Below, one piece after another: positions 40,919 through 50,370 of a stretch of DNA of 64,000 nucleotides (the first letter of the stretch is position 1; each line of letters opens with the position of its first letter). Below the pieces are notes generated by a model. That model made no database searches, was not told where the DNA came from, and saw nothing but the letters and a program-made list of their open reading frames with translations. The stretch is from Candidatus Uhrbacteria bacterium RIFOXYB12_FULL_58_10 (GTDB lineage Bacteria; Patescibacteriota; Patescibacteriia; UBA9934; GWF2-40-263), in NCBI GenBank assembly GCA_943359455.1, contig CALRHL010000001.1:21184-85183 (forward strand), read 5' to 3'. The position numbers were made by a program, and so were the translations under genes.

Positions 40919-42604
40919 ATGTCATTTGAATATGAAAATTCTCCTCATGAAGATAGGAGCGTTCCGAGTCCGAAAGCTCTTATTGAAACCGTGCATAAAA
41001 AACTTGATGCAGAACGTCAGCAAACAGGAAATCGAGAGTTTCGTGGGATGATGATTAAGTTGCGAGAAAGTCCATGGCTTGCTGGACCACTAAAAACACT
41101 CACGGCACTGCTTGCTGGAGTTCCATTGATCGCTCATGCGGGAGAAGCGTCTGATCCACCAAGAGATCTCTCTGTAGAATCTTCATTCTCCATAACGGAA
41201 CCAGAAGAAGGCCGAGATGAAACAGACTCTGCTCATCTCATTGCCAGTGAGGAGCTTAGCAATCTCCTTCTTGCAGAACAGCCATTCCGTCGAACACCGA
41301 TTGAACAAGCATCGGATGCTGAGTTTCCATTTCCTGAATCAGATGAAGTCTATCTGCTTCAGCTCGCTGATCTAGGAAAAACAATCGAGGCAGGGCAAGC
41401 GGCTCCAGAATATTATGCGCGAGTCGGTCGTCCTGAATGGACGCCGTACCAGCGATCACTATTCTCCGCATCTCCTGTCCACGAACGCTTTTTCGAATTG
41501 CATCCAGAATATCGTCGATTGTCACCACAAGACTACGTGAAAGAATATCCAAACATGTTGCAAACCGCGGCAACAGAATTTCGATTCTCAAATGAGTTTC
41601 GATTTGTCACAGACAATGTCCAAACAGCATTTTTAGAAATCGCTCCTAAGCTGAAACCTGAGGAAGCATTATCTCAGTACAAATTTATTTTAGAAACAAT
41701 GGGTCGTCAGGTTGGGCTTGCTCATGTCATTGAGTTATCAAAAGGGTTGCAGGAGCTTCTTTCAACAGACCATCCTATTATCCAATACATGAGTGACCTC
41801 GACCTCAAGGACGCGGAGTCATTTCTAAAACCTGACAAAAAAAACATCGTTCACATCGATCAAGCAAATGGACAACTGCGCGTTCTGAGAAAAATATATC
41901 AAAGTTTTTTATTGATCGATTCTTTTCCAGCGATTGGAGGAAAACGACAGTCGCCAGAAATGTCTATTGTAGGAAAACCATCAGGAAGTGAGTATGTGCA
42001 CGTTCCAGATGTCGTGATGACCGTCTCGTCCGTCGATCGAGCAAAAACATCTTGGACATGGCAACGCTCATGGGTTTCACAAGATGCACTCATTCGAGAA
42101 CAGAGAAACGAGTTACAATATCAACATCCCGGTACAAAACAATGGTACGACCTCACGGGACCAAAAGCCGCATTCTTCCCAGATTCAGACGGAAATGTCA
42201 TTCGACCATTTGATTCACATTTCGAACCAATGGACCAAGCACTTATTCGAGCCGCATCACATTCAAACGCAGACCAGTCCGTCACTTTTGTTCCAAAAAT
42301 CTGGACAAAGGAAGAAATTGTTTCATGGAATGGGGGAGAAATTCCTTCGAAGTGGAAATGGAATGATTTTGGATCAACAGCGCTTCGTTTAAGTTTAAAT
42401 GGTGAGCGCACGAACATTAACATTCATTCAAAACCAAATGAAGATCCAAACGACTTCTTGGGAGATCGAACGCATGGGTGCATTGCTACATACAGTGAAT
42501 ACATGAAACAGGTCGTTGATCTTTATGGAGTAAGAAATGGAACAACGGTCGTTGTCACAAACACCCACAGCTACGATCTCAAAAAACAGCTCGCACATAA
42601 ATAA
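40919..42604 (+). CDS. hypothetical protein with a C-terminal L,D-transpeptidase-like (YkuD) segment
   Basis: C-terminal DRTHGCIATYSEYMKQVVDLYGVRNGTTVVV resembles the SHGC(I/V)R catalytic motif. Confidence 0.4.
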   Translation: MSFEYENSPHEDRSVPSPKALIETVHKKLDAERQQTGNREFRGMMIKLRESPWLAGPLKTLTALLAGVPLIAHAGEASDPPRDLSVESSFSITEPEEGRDETDSAHLIASEELSNLLLAEQPFRRTPIEQASDAEFPFPESDEVYLLQLADLGKTIEAGQAAPEYYARVGRPEWTPYQRSLFSASPVHERFFELHPEYRRLSPQDYVKEYPNMLQTAATEFRFSNEFRFVTDNVQTAFLEIAPKLKPEEALSQYKFILETMGRQVGLAHVIELSKGLQELLSTDHPIIQYMSDLDLKDAESFLKPDKKNIVHIDQANGQLRVLRKIYQSFLLIDSFPAIGGKRQSPEMSIVGKPSGSEYVHVPDVVMTVSSVDRAKTSWTWQRSWVSQDALIREQRNELQYQHPGTKQWYDLTGPKAAFFPDSDGNVIRPFDSHFEPMDQALIRAASHSNADQSVTFVPKIWTKEEIVSWNGGEIPSKWKWNDFGSTALRLSLNGERTNINIHSKPNEDPNDFLGDRTHGCIATYSEYMKQVVDLYGVRNGTTVVVTNTHSYDLKKQLAHK

Positions 42605-42616
42605 AATGGCGTGGAG

Positions 42617-43372
42617 CTAAGGCTCCACGCTTTTTTGTTCCGCGATAGACGCATCACGTACCTCTTCGAGATACGGACCGTATCGAGTTGGATACAGAGC
42701 GGTCAAATCGACCGTGATAATCTCGGGAACTTCTGGCAACTTCGACAGAATCAGCACAGCCGTCCCAGGGTCACCGAGTCGGTAGAGTGCATCCATGTCG
42801 GTGTTGCGAAGCGCAACACATCCCCATGTCCAATCGTTTGTCCAATTTCCTGGATTCCCGTGTAGGAAGATGTCGCCGCCGAGTACTGTGTCTTGGGCTG
42901 GAAGTCGTCCTTTGTTGATCGCTTCGACAAGTGTGTTGCTCGTGTGGTGGTCAATGAGACCACTCAGACGAGCGCGCATCACATCATCGAAGTTCGGGTA
43001 GTTGATCCCGAGCGACTTATGAAACTGCGAATACGGGTTGCGGTGTGAAATCTTATACCATCCTTCTGGGGTCCGATTATCGCCACGCTTTTGCTTCGTT
43101 CCTTCTTGCGAAGCTGATCCCATGGTGATACTCACACATGTTCCAGCCATCAGCCGATCGTTCTCGTACACTCCAAGCAGATGCTCATCTTTTACAACCA
43201 TGATCACACGACCAGACGAATGTTCATCAGTTGCATACTCGTCCGGAAGAAACTCCGGACACACGGCCCAGGCAGCCGCAACCATCAACAGCAGTCCCAT
43301 GTGCCCTCCTTGGGTTGGGGTTACTGAAGCAAGTATCGTAGCGGATTTTGAGCGTCTTGTCAATAAATCCAT
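42617..43372 (-). CDS. L,D-transpeptidase (YkuD family)
   Basis: HGNPGNWTNDWTWGCVALRNTDMDALY; probable true start at MGLLLMVAAAWAV (signal peptide). Confidence 0.7.
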   Translation of the reverse strand: MDLLTRRSKSATILASVTPTQGGHMGLLLMVAAAWAVCPEFLPDEYATDEHSSGRVIMVVKDEHLLGVYENDRLMAGTCVSITMGSASQEGTKQKRGDNRTPEGWYKISHRNPYSQFHKSLGINYPNFDDVMRARLSGLIDHHTSNTLVEAINKGRLPAQDTVLGGDIFLHGNPGNWTNDWTWGCVALRNTDMDALYRLGDPGTAVLILSKLPEVPEIITVDLTALYPTRYGPYLEEVRDASIAEQKSVEP

Positions 43373-43456
43373 CCTAAAACATCTAGGTCCCTCTATTCTA
43401 TTGCGTTGTTATTCAATTTCTGGCAGGATACGCCAGCACCTAACAAAGGAGTGTGC

Positions 43457-44038
43457 ATGAAATTTGGAAAGCAGTTTGCCCCGAAGGTTTCAGATGCATT
43501 GACCGCCATGGGAATCGAACATGAGGTCATCTCTGAAACACATCCAGACCACGCAGAACGCATCGTGCTGAGAGCCTTCACCAATGGCTCTTCGCATGTC
43601 CATGAAATCAAACTCGATTTTCGGCACCACCCGCGTTACATCACTGCCTTCATCAAAGCGGCATTGACGACACTTGAGCGGGGACGTCGAATCTATGTCC
43701 AAATTTGGACAACATGTGGCGACATGGCACGCGTTGCCTATCAAACCGCCCTTGCTATTCGGCGTCTTGTCGACCGGCCACACACCTTTTCTCCTGAGCC
43801 ATACAACTTGCTCGGGGTCCGTGTGAAGGTCAATCCGACCGGCACAGAATCGCACATGAAATCATTTCCGATTCTCGACACGATCAGCAACGAACTACGA
43901 CGACTGACACACAACCGCCATGTGGCAGATGAACTGCGTGGCCGTATCCAACACGCCCTCGAAACTCGAGTACGTCGTGGTCCACCCGCCATCCGCGCGC
44001 TCCATGTCCAACATCGCTCCAGCTATCACGGCTGGTAA
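43457..44038 (+). CDS. hypothetical protein
   Basis: ORF track; start set at MKFGKQF. Confidence 0.4.
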   Translation: MKFGKQFAPKVSDALTAMGIEHEVISETHPDHAERIVLRAFTNGSSHVHEIKLDFRHHPRYITAFIKAALTTLERGRRIYVQIWTTCGDMARVAYQTALAIRRLVDRPHTFSPEPYNLLGVRVKVNPTGTESHMKSFPILDTISNELRRLTHNRHVADELRGRIQHALETRVRRGPPAIRALHVQHRSSYHGW

Positions 44039-44097
44039 TACCAAAAGCCGACCATCTCTGGTCGGCAACTCACCATGCACTCCACGTAGTGCATGGT

Positions 44098-44664
44098 TTA
44101 TTTTGCAACCCTCTCCACATACATCCCTTCGGTGGTGTTGATCATGACTTCATCGCCTTCGCCAACAAAAATCGGGACGCGAATTTTTAAACCAGTTTCC
44201 GTGATCGCTTCTTTCGTCACATTTCCTCCAGCTGTATCTCCTTTTACGGCAGGTTCTGTCTCAACAACCGTATATTGAATCTTAAGCGGAAGCTGAATTG
44301 TAAGTGGAGTATCACCGTGCATAACAATCGTCACCTCAAGTCCTTCTTTCAAATACTTCAGATCGTCTCCAATATCATCTTTCCCCATCGCAATCTGTTC
44401 ATAGCTCTGATTATCCATGAACGTATACAACGTCCCATCATTAAACAAATACTGCATCTTTTTATACTGTACATCCTCAAACTCCAGCGTCTCTGCAGAT
44501 TTAAAATTATTTTCAACGATCTTTCCTGTTTTCATGCTCTTAATACGAGTTCTCACAAATGAGGATCCTTTACCAGGTGAAACACGTTGAAATTCAACGA
44601 CGCACCAAAGGTCGCCGTCGTAACGGATGACTGTTCCTTTTTTCAGTTCATTTGGAGATGGCAT
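44098..44664 (-). CDS. efp: elongation factor P (Lys34-type loop SPGKGSSF)
   Basis: KKGTVIRYDGDLWCVVEFQRVSPGKGSSFVRTRIK ... EF-P fold. Confidence 0.9.
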   Translation of the reverse strand: MPSPNELKKGTVIRYDGDLWCVVEFQRVSPGKGSSFVRTRIKSMKTGKIVENNFKSAETLEFEDVQYKKMQYLFNDGTLYTFMDNQSYEQIAMGKDDIGDDLKYLKEGLEVTIVMHGDTPLTIQLPLKIQYTVVETEPAVKGDTAGGNVTKEAITETGLKIRVPIFVGEGDEVMINTTEGMYVERVAK

Positions 44665-44784
44665 AAGCAGAAGGAAAATTCTAAGTTCTAAGCACCAAAT
44701 TCCAAGAAATTCAAAATGCTAAAACAATAAATTACGCTCGGATGGTATCAAATGGCTGCGATATAGGCAAACCACAGACAGTCT

Positions 44785-44813
44785 CCCATTCCGGCTCTAA
44801 GAGCCGGAATGGG
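44785..44813. other. 13-bp-stem hairpin cccattccggctc-taa-gagccggaatggg in a 745-bp gap with no ORF
   Basis: read directly. Confidence 0.4.
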
Positions 44814-45373
44814 AACAGGGTGACTTCCTAGTTCGATCATGATGTATCGTAATTGACCCGAGAACTTTCTATTTGAGCTCACTTTTGATCCCTTCAAAAA
44901 GATAAGACTGAAAATTTGGAACGATTTTTTCGAGCTTCAATCGAACATCTTCGTCGGATGCGTCAGAAAAACCTTCATCCGGGCAAGATCCCGATCGATA
45001 TTTGTTTCAGGAAATTCCTGACCAATTGCATTTTGAACAAGACTGATCTGCCGTAGCATTGGAGGCGGGTATTCATATCCCAGTTCTTTTTCAATCCGGT
45101 ACAGGTCAATCAGACGTTCTCGAACTTTAGCAAGTTGTTCAACTGAAAGCGTAGGAAATTCAAAAATTCTTGTTCCTCACGTGGTAGCTCCGACATAAAG
45201 ATTTCAATTAATCGTTAGCAACCTTTCCTATTATTCTTACTGATGAATAAAATATCATCGCACACCTTTGCTGCAAAAAGCCACGGAAAGATACCCACAG
45301 TTCTGCGGCCGCTCCCAGGCGTCGAAAACCCTTCACCACGTAATCACTAGCATTTTTTACCCATTCCATAAAT

Positions 45374-45410
45374 TTGACTGAATCCATGGTTTGTTATACC
45401 ATGGATTCAT
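45374..45410 (+). promoter_or_regulatory. promoter-like TTGACT ... TATACC/TACCAT overlapped by the perfect 10-bp inverted repeat gaatccatgg-N9-ccatggattc, ending at the ATG (leaderless); candidate operator
   Basis: read directly. Confidence 0.35.
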
Positions 45411-46541
45411 ATGAATTTTAGTCGTGTACAATCTATCGAGGATGTTTTATCACCTGGAAGGGCTTTGATTGTTTATGGTCCCAGACGAATTGGAAAAACT
45501 ACGATAGTCACCGCCTTTTTAAAAAAGGTTGAGCAGTCAGGAAAACGTGTGTTATATAGGGTTGGAGATGATATTCGTTTACAGGAACTATTTAACTCAC
45601 AGGTTCGAATGGACATTTTAGAATTTGCCCGTCCACATGATCTCATCATCATCGATGAGGCTCAAAATATTGAGAAGATTGGTATTGCGACGAAAATGAT
45701 CGTCGACGCAATGCCAGAAAAAACGCTTATTTTGACAGGCTCTTCGTCGTTTGATATTGCCAACAAGGTTGGTGAGCCACTCACTGGACGCCATTTCACC
45801 ATGACACTTCTTCCAATAACACAGGCCGAAATCAATGAAAGTGACTTTGAGAAGCGTCAACGACTTGAAGAATTTCTGGTCTTTGGTTCTTATCCAGAAG
45901 TGCTTGCCCTAAAAACGAGAGATGAAAAAATTCGCGTTCTTCGGGAACTTGTTGCTTCCTATTTGTTCAAGGATATTCTCGTTCTTGATCGAATTCGATC
46001 TCCAGAACTGCTTTTAAAAATAACGAAATGTTTGGCATTCCAAATTGGAAATGAGGTTTCCCTCCAAGAAATTGCCCGCACGACAGGAACGGATGCCAAA
46101 ACAGTACAACGATACATTGATCTCCTTCAAAAAACCTTTGTGATCAAACGAGTTGGTGGATTTAGCAGAAATTTACGAAACGAAATATCAAAACGTTCAA
46201 AGTATTATTTTTATGATCTTGGGGTTCGAAATGCTGTTATTGAACAATGGAATGGATTGAATGATCGCAACGATATAGGTTTTCTTTTTGAAAACTTCCT
46301 CGCAATGGAGTTCACCCGTGCTGCCAATATCGCCGATCGTCCTGATCAACTGTATTTCTGGAGGACACACTCAGGACAAGAAGTCGATTTTATCATCGAA
46401 CGGGAAGGAAAACTCTTTGCTTACGAATCCAAATGGTCAAAGAAGCCATCACGTTGTCTCAAACAATTCCTTTCAGTTTACCCAAATGCAACAGGTGAAA
46501 TTATCACAAAAGAAAATTATCTCGATACGTTACAAAAATAA
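45411..46541 (+). CDS. AAA-superfamily ATPase with C-terminal DUF4143-like domain
   Basis: P-loop GPRRIGKTT; Walker B IIIDEAQ; C-terminal YFWRTHSGQEVDFIIE pattern. Confidence 0.7.
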   Translation: MNFSRVQSIEDVLSPGRALIVYGPRRIGKTTIVTAFLKKVEQSGKRVLYRVGDDIRLQELFNSQVRMDILEFARPHDLIIIDEAQNIEKIGIATKMIVDAMPEKTLILTGSSSFDIANKVGEPLTGRHFTMTLLPITQAEINESDFEKRQRLEEFLVFGSYPEVLALKTRDEKIRVLRELVASYLFKDILVLDRIRSPELLLKITKCLAFQIGNEVSLQEIARTTGTDAKTVQRYIDLLQKTFVIKRVGGFSRNLRNEISKRSKYYFYDLGVRNAVIEQWNGLNDRNDIGFLFENFLAMEFTRAANIADRPDQLYFWRTHSGQEVDFIIEREGKLFAYESKWSKKPSRCLKQFLSVYPNATGEIITKENYLDTLQK

Positions 46542-47465
46542 CTTCCCTGCTGGAAACAGCATCACATCTTCGATCGACTTTGCTCCGAACGCGATCATGT
46601 GGAGGCGGTCGATTCCGAGGGCGTTGCCGTAGGAAGGGTTTTGGATGTTTGGGAGAAGACGAAGTAATTCCTCGTCGAGCGGGAAGACGGTTTTGCCGAG
46701 TGCGCGGCGTTCTTCGGCTTCCTCGATAAACCTTCTGCGCTGTTCGTCCACGTCCGTTAGTTCTGTAAATGCATTGCACAGCTCAAGACCATCTACATAC
46801 AATTCAAATCGTTCGCCGTATTTGCCGTCTGCAGTCAGGCGAGAAAGAGATGCCTGATAGATTGGGTAATCATAAACGAAGACAGGATCTACACCTAGAT
46901 TTGGTTCGATCTTGTTGAGAAACGAGCGATGGAACGCATCAGAGTCTGTGTCATCACCAACATGCTCAAGATGTTCGAGATCAAGACCTGCTTGTGCAAA
47001 AAGATCAACAATGCGGATACGACGAAAGGGATCGGGCGGGAGATTCGGACAGACCGCCTTCACGAGTGCTTCTGTTTCGTCCATGCATGTCTGATAATCT
47101 GCACCTTGTTGGTACCACTCAAGCATCGTGAATTCTGGGTTGTGGGTCGAAGATCCTGAGCCTGTCGAAAGACCAAGCTCTTCCTCGTTTCGAAATACTT
47201 TTGTGAGCGTAAAAATTTTGTCCATCCCAAGTCCAAGCAGTTTCTTCATTGAATACTCCGGACTGGTGATCAGAGCCACAGCGTGACATGTCTTATCTGG
47301 CTCAATCACGGTTGTCTCAAACGGAACAAGATTTGGTTCCATGCCGGGTGACCTAACAACAATCGGCGTCTCGACCTCGATATAACCTCTCGATGAAAAA
47401 AAAGAACGGATCGTGTTGTTCACGATCTCGCGTTCTTTTGCGATCATTTGAATATCGCGAGCCAT
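46530..47465 (-). CDS. epmA: EF-P lysine34--(R)-beta-lysine ligase EpmA (class II LysRS paralogue, catalytic domain only)
   Basis: class II aaRS motifs: FRNEE (motif 2), GNALGIDRL (motif 3); ~310 aa with no anticodon-binding domain. Confidence 0.75.
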   Translation of the reverse strand: MARDIQMIAKEREIVNNTIRSFFSSRGYIEVETPIVVRSPGMEPNLVPFETTVIEPDKTCHAVALITSPEYSMKKLLGLGMDKIFTLTKVFRNEEELGLSTGSGSSTHNPEFTMLEWYQQGADYQTCMDETEALVKAVCPNLPPDPFRRIRIVDLFAQAGLDLEHLEHVGDDTDSDAFHRSFLNKIEPNLGVDPVFVYDYPIYQASLSRLTADGKYGERFELYVDGLELCNAFTELTDVDEQRRRFIEEAEERRALGKTVFPLDEELLRLLPNIQNPSYGNALGIDRLHMIAFGAKSIEDVMLFPAGKLFL

Positions 47466-47467
47466 AC

Positions 47468-47710
47468 TTACCTCTGAACGAATGGTACGAGTGCCATTAT
47501 GCGTGCTTTCTTCACAGAATTCTCAAGCTTGCGCTGATGCCATCCACAAACTTTACTGCGCTTGCGTGGGACAATCTTTGCAAATGAGGAAAGAAAACGA
47601 CGCAAAAGATTTGTATCTTTATAATCGACATCCGGGATGTTATTCATACAAAAGAAACACTGACGTTCCTTTCGCATCGCATTTTTTTGATCGTTACGAT
47701 TGTTCATCAT
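47468..47710 (-). CDS. rpsR: 30S ribosomal protein S18
   Basis: CFFCMNNIPDVDYKDTNLLRRFLS... S18 signature. Confidence 0.9.
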   Translation of the reverse strand: MMNNRNDQKNAMRKERQCFFCMNNIPDVDYKDTNLLRRFLSSFAKIVPRKRSKVCGWHQRKLENSVKKARIMALVPFVQR

Positions 47711-47711
47711 A

Positions 47712-48185
47712 TTAGAATGGAATATCTTCTACTTTAATTTCATCGTCTGGATTAGGGGCTGGGTCGTTTTCTAATCGAGCTGAGCTCGATGGTTTGGAAA
47801 CGGGTGGGGCAGAAAATGGAGTTGCTGATGAGCCAGAGGCACCTGATGGATTTCCGGCTTTATCAAGAATAATCAGGTTGTCAGCAACAATTTCAGTGGT
47901 CGAACGCTTTGTTCCGTCTTGTGCTTCCCATTGTCGTGTTTGAAGACGTCCTTCTACGTAAACCTTTCGGCCTTTTCCAAGGTACTGTCCGCAAATTTCT
48001 GCGAGCTTTCCCCAAGCGACCACATTGTGAAATTCGACCGCTTCCTGTTTTTGGCCAGCTGCGTCAGTCCAATTGCGGTTTGTGGCGACACCAAACGAAC
48101 ACACCGACTGTCCAGAAGCGATCTGTTTTACCTCTGGATCTTTTGTGCAGTTCCCAAGGATTGTCGCGCGATTGAGAGAGTACAT
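47712..48185 (-). CDS. ssb: single-stranded DNA-binding protein
   Basis: OB-fold NRATILGNCTKDPEV...; acidic C-terminal tip DDEIKVEDIPF. Confidence 0.9.
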   Translation of the reverse strand: MYSLNRATILGNCTKDPEVKQIASGQSVCSFGVATNRNWTDAAGQKQEAVEFHNVVAWGKLAEICGQYLGKGRKVYVEGRLQTRQWEAQDGTKRSTTEIVADNLIILDKAGNPSGASGSSATPFSAPPVSKPSSSARLENDPAPNPDDEIKVEDIPF

Positions 48186-48199
48186 AGAGCTAGTGAGCC

Positions 48200-48229
48200 G
48201 GAGGCTTTAGGCTTAAGGCATTAGGCTAG
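48200..48229. repeat. AGGCTTAAGGC-like repeat copy between rpsF and ssb, overlapping the rpsF stop codon
   Basis: ggaggctttaggcttaaggcattaggctag. Confidence 0.45.
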
Positions 48230-48735
48230 ACGTCGGCATCGAGAATTTCGTCGAGTTTTTTGTCGAGCTCTTCCATGGACATGCTTGCAACCTCTTCAGC
48301 TTTTGCAACGGGAGCGACCGATTCGGGTTGCACGACCGTCGTGAAAGGTTTGCGTGTATCTGTACTTCGTCGTTCCTGTTTTAACTCGCGCGCTTCTTCG
48401 GAAAGAGGGGCGACATAAGATGCGATTTCAAACTTTTTATTCTCCGCACCAGCTGGCATGTCGACAATGAGATGTCGAAGCACTTCGTCGGAGAGTCGAA
48501 ACTGGCGATCGATGCCTGCGATCGTGTTTGGCTCTGCAGTAAAATACACGAGCACATACGTGCCATGTCGCTGATGTTTAATTGGATACGCCAACTTAAT
48601 TTTTCCTAAAGACTCGTTACGGGTAACCGTAGCACCCGTGGCCGTAATCATCCCCGCCACCTTTTCGCGTAAACCGTCGATTTCGGTATCCGCAAACTGT
48701 GTCGGAATGATGTAGAGCAGTTCGTAATTTCCCAT
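48226..48735 (-). CDS. rpsF: 30S ribosomal protein S6 with extended C-terminus
   Basis: MGNYELLYIIPTQF...YVLVYFTAEP S6 signature. Confidence 0.9.
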   Translation of the reverse strand: MGNYELLYIIPTQFADTEIDGLREKVAGMITATGATVTRNESLGKIKLAYPIKHQRHGTYVLVYFTAEPNTIAGIDRQFRLSDEVLRHLIVDMPAGAENKKFEIASYVAPLSEEARELKQERRSTDTRKPFTTVVQPESVAPVAKAEEVASMSMEELDKKLDEILDADV

Positions 48736-48848
48736 AGATTACTGGTCCCGCCAAAGGCGGGACAACCCCGTAGGGTTATGGACAGTGAATTATGGCTGGA
48801 TCTTAGCGAATGATATGATTTTGGTCAAGAATCGTTCAATTCCTTCAG

Positions 48849-49109
48849 CTATTTTCCATACAGTTGGTGGTGGGTGCCGACGCGGTAAAAAATGTATGAA
48901 TCGTCTGCTTCGCGGAACACTGCACGGAGATCTCCACCAACATTGATGCTACGAAAACCATTCCTCGTTCCATGCAACGCATGATTATTTACAAGTGGAT
49001 GATGTGGATTATGCATGAATAACTTCAACTGTTCACGAAAACGCTCCTGTTGCGCTGGTCGAAGTTTTTTATAGTCTGATTCCCATGAACGATGAAAATC
49101 GATCATCAT
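48849..49109 (-). CDS. RelE/YafQ-family toxin
   Basis: ...LHGTRNGFRSINVGGDLRAVFREADDSYIFYRVGTHHQLY... Confidence 0.6.
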   Translation of the reverse strand: MMIDFHRSWESDYKKLRPAQQERFREQLKLFMHNPHHPLVNNHALHGTRNGFRSINVGGDLRAVFREADDSYIFYRVGTHHQLYGK

Positions 49110-49390
49110 ACGAGTGAGTCGAGATAGTCATCCAGTTCATTTTCGTTTGAAACGCGGTTCAAAATCTTTTTTCCAAACTTTGCTTCATCCTTCAGTGCTT
49201 TTTTTAGGGACAATTCAAGAGAAGGGTTCATGCGATCCGCTGTCGAAAAACGAATGGATTGCTCTTGAACAAACTGTTGCAAAAATCCATTCACCACCGC
49301 GTTCACGGATAAACCAAATGATTCCGCCAGCCGTGCGGTTTCTTTTTTTAGACGAAGATCGGTCTTGATAATCAATGTTGCTTGTGGCAT
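49106..49390 (-). CDS. DinJ/RelB-family antitoxin
   Basis: TDLRLKKETARLAESFGLSVNAVVNGFLQQFV; 4-nt overlap with the toxin gene. Confidence 0.55.
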   Translation of the reverse strand: MPQATLIIKTDLRLKKETARLAESFGLSVNAVVNGFLQQFVQEQSIRFSTADRMNPSLELSLKKALKDEAKFGKKILNRVSNENELDDYLDSLV

Positions 49391-49777
49391 ACCAAATAGA
49401 TAGTATTATGGTTATACCCTACTACCAAACAATCTGTCTGTAAAGCCCGTCTGAGGGACTGTTGAAATACTCTATTTATACCATCTCTAATTAACCATCC
49501 GGCACCATCCCGTCCAAAATCGGGCTTCGACTTTGAGAAAAATCTTCAACATATCTACGGATATGCCTCAGACTTTTCTCTTCGTCTCGCCACAATTTAG
49601 AACGGGCTATGCCGAAGCGTTAGTTGGAGATGGTATTATTACCTGAGCTTGTCGAAGGTCTCTTCTATTTTCCTAGCGAACTCGACCTTCGACTACGCTC
49701 CGCTTCGCTCAGGGAATATATATATGAGTATTGCAACGGTCTCTCTGACGGCCTCAAAAAAAACAGTAGGGTCGAAC

Positions 49778-50362
49778 CTACTGCAGATCGAATGGCGGGA
49801 GGTGATATTTGTCTGCCAAGAAGAGAATGTTTGCGGCTGAGTCGTCGAAGGTGTCGCCTTGTTGTGTTGCGGCCGTGAAGTAGATGTCGAGAATGCGGTC
49901 GTGCTCCTCAATGACATCCTTCGGTTTATTCGGAAACGTTGCCAGCAATCGATCGAGTCCTTTCCAAGCAGGAATACGCATGACTCCGAGCGGAACGCTC
50001 TCTCGTGTATTTAGGATCACTTCTCGCGTAAGCGGAATCAACTTTCCGCCCGTCTGGTGGTTCACGATAAGAACGCGGGCCATGTAGTAATCTGTGTACG
50101 CTTGATAGAGTGATAACGGGTTTGTATCGATCACCTCCATTTTGGCAACCGTTTCAGCAACAGATCTGACAACACGCCGTGGCGTCGGTACCTCAGACGG
50201 TAGAGTAGCTATTTGGACAGGTGGCGAATCAGGCGATCGCAAGCACCATCTTGAAACAAAGACGACCAGGGGAATGATCAGTACGCACAGAAGGCGCACT
50301 GAGAAGGGATGCATGAGATCTCCATAAATAGACAGGATAGAAGAAAAAGTCGGAATAGTCAA
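49778..50362 (-). CDS. hypothetical membrane protein (one N-terminal TM helix)
   Basis: ORF track; LLCVLIIPLVVFVS. Confidence 0.4.
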   Translation of the reverse strand: MTIPTFSSILSIYGDLMHPFSVRLLCVLIIPLVVFVSRWCLRSPDSPPVQIATLPSEVPTPRRVVRSVAETVAKMEVIDTNPLSLYQAYTDYYMARVLIVNHQTGGKLIPLTREVILNTRESVPLGVMRIPAWKGLDRLLATFPNKPKDVIEEHDRILDIYFTAATQQGDTFDDSAANILFLADKYHLPPFDLQ

Positions 50363-50370
50363 TGGATATT

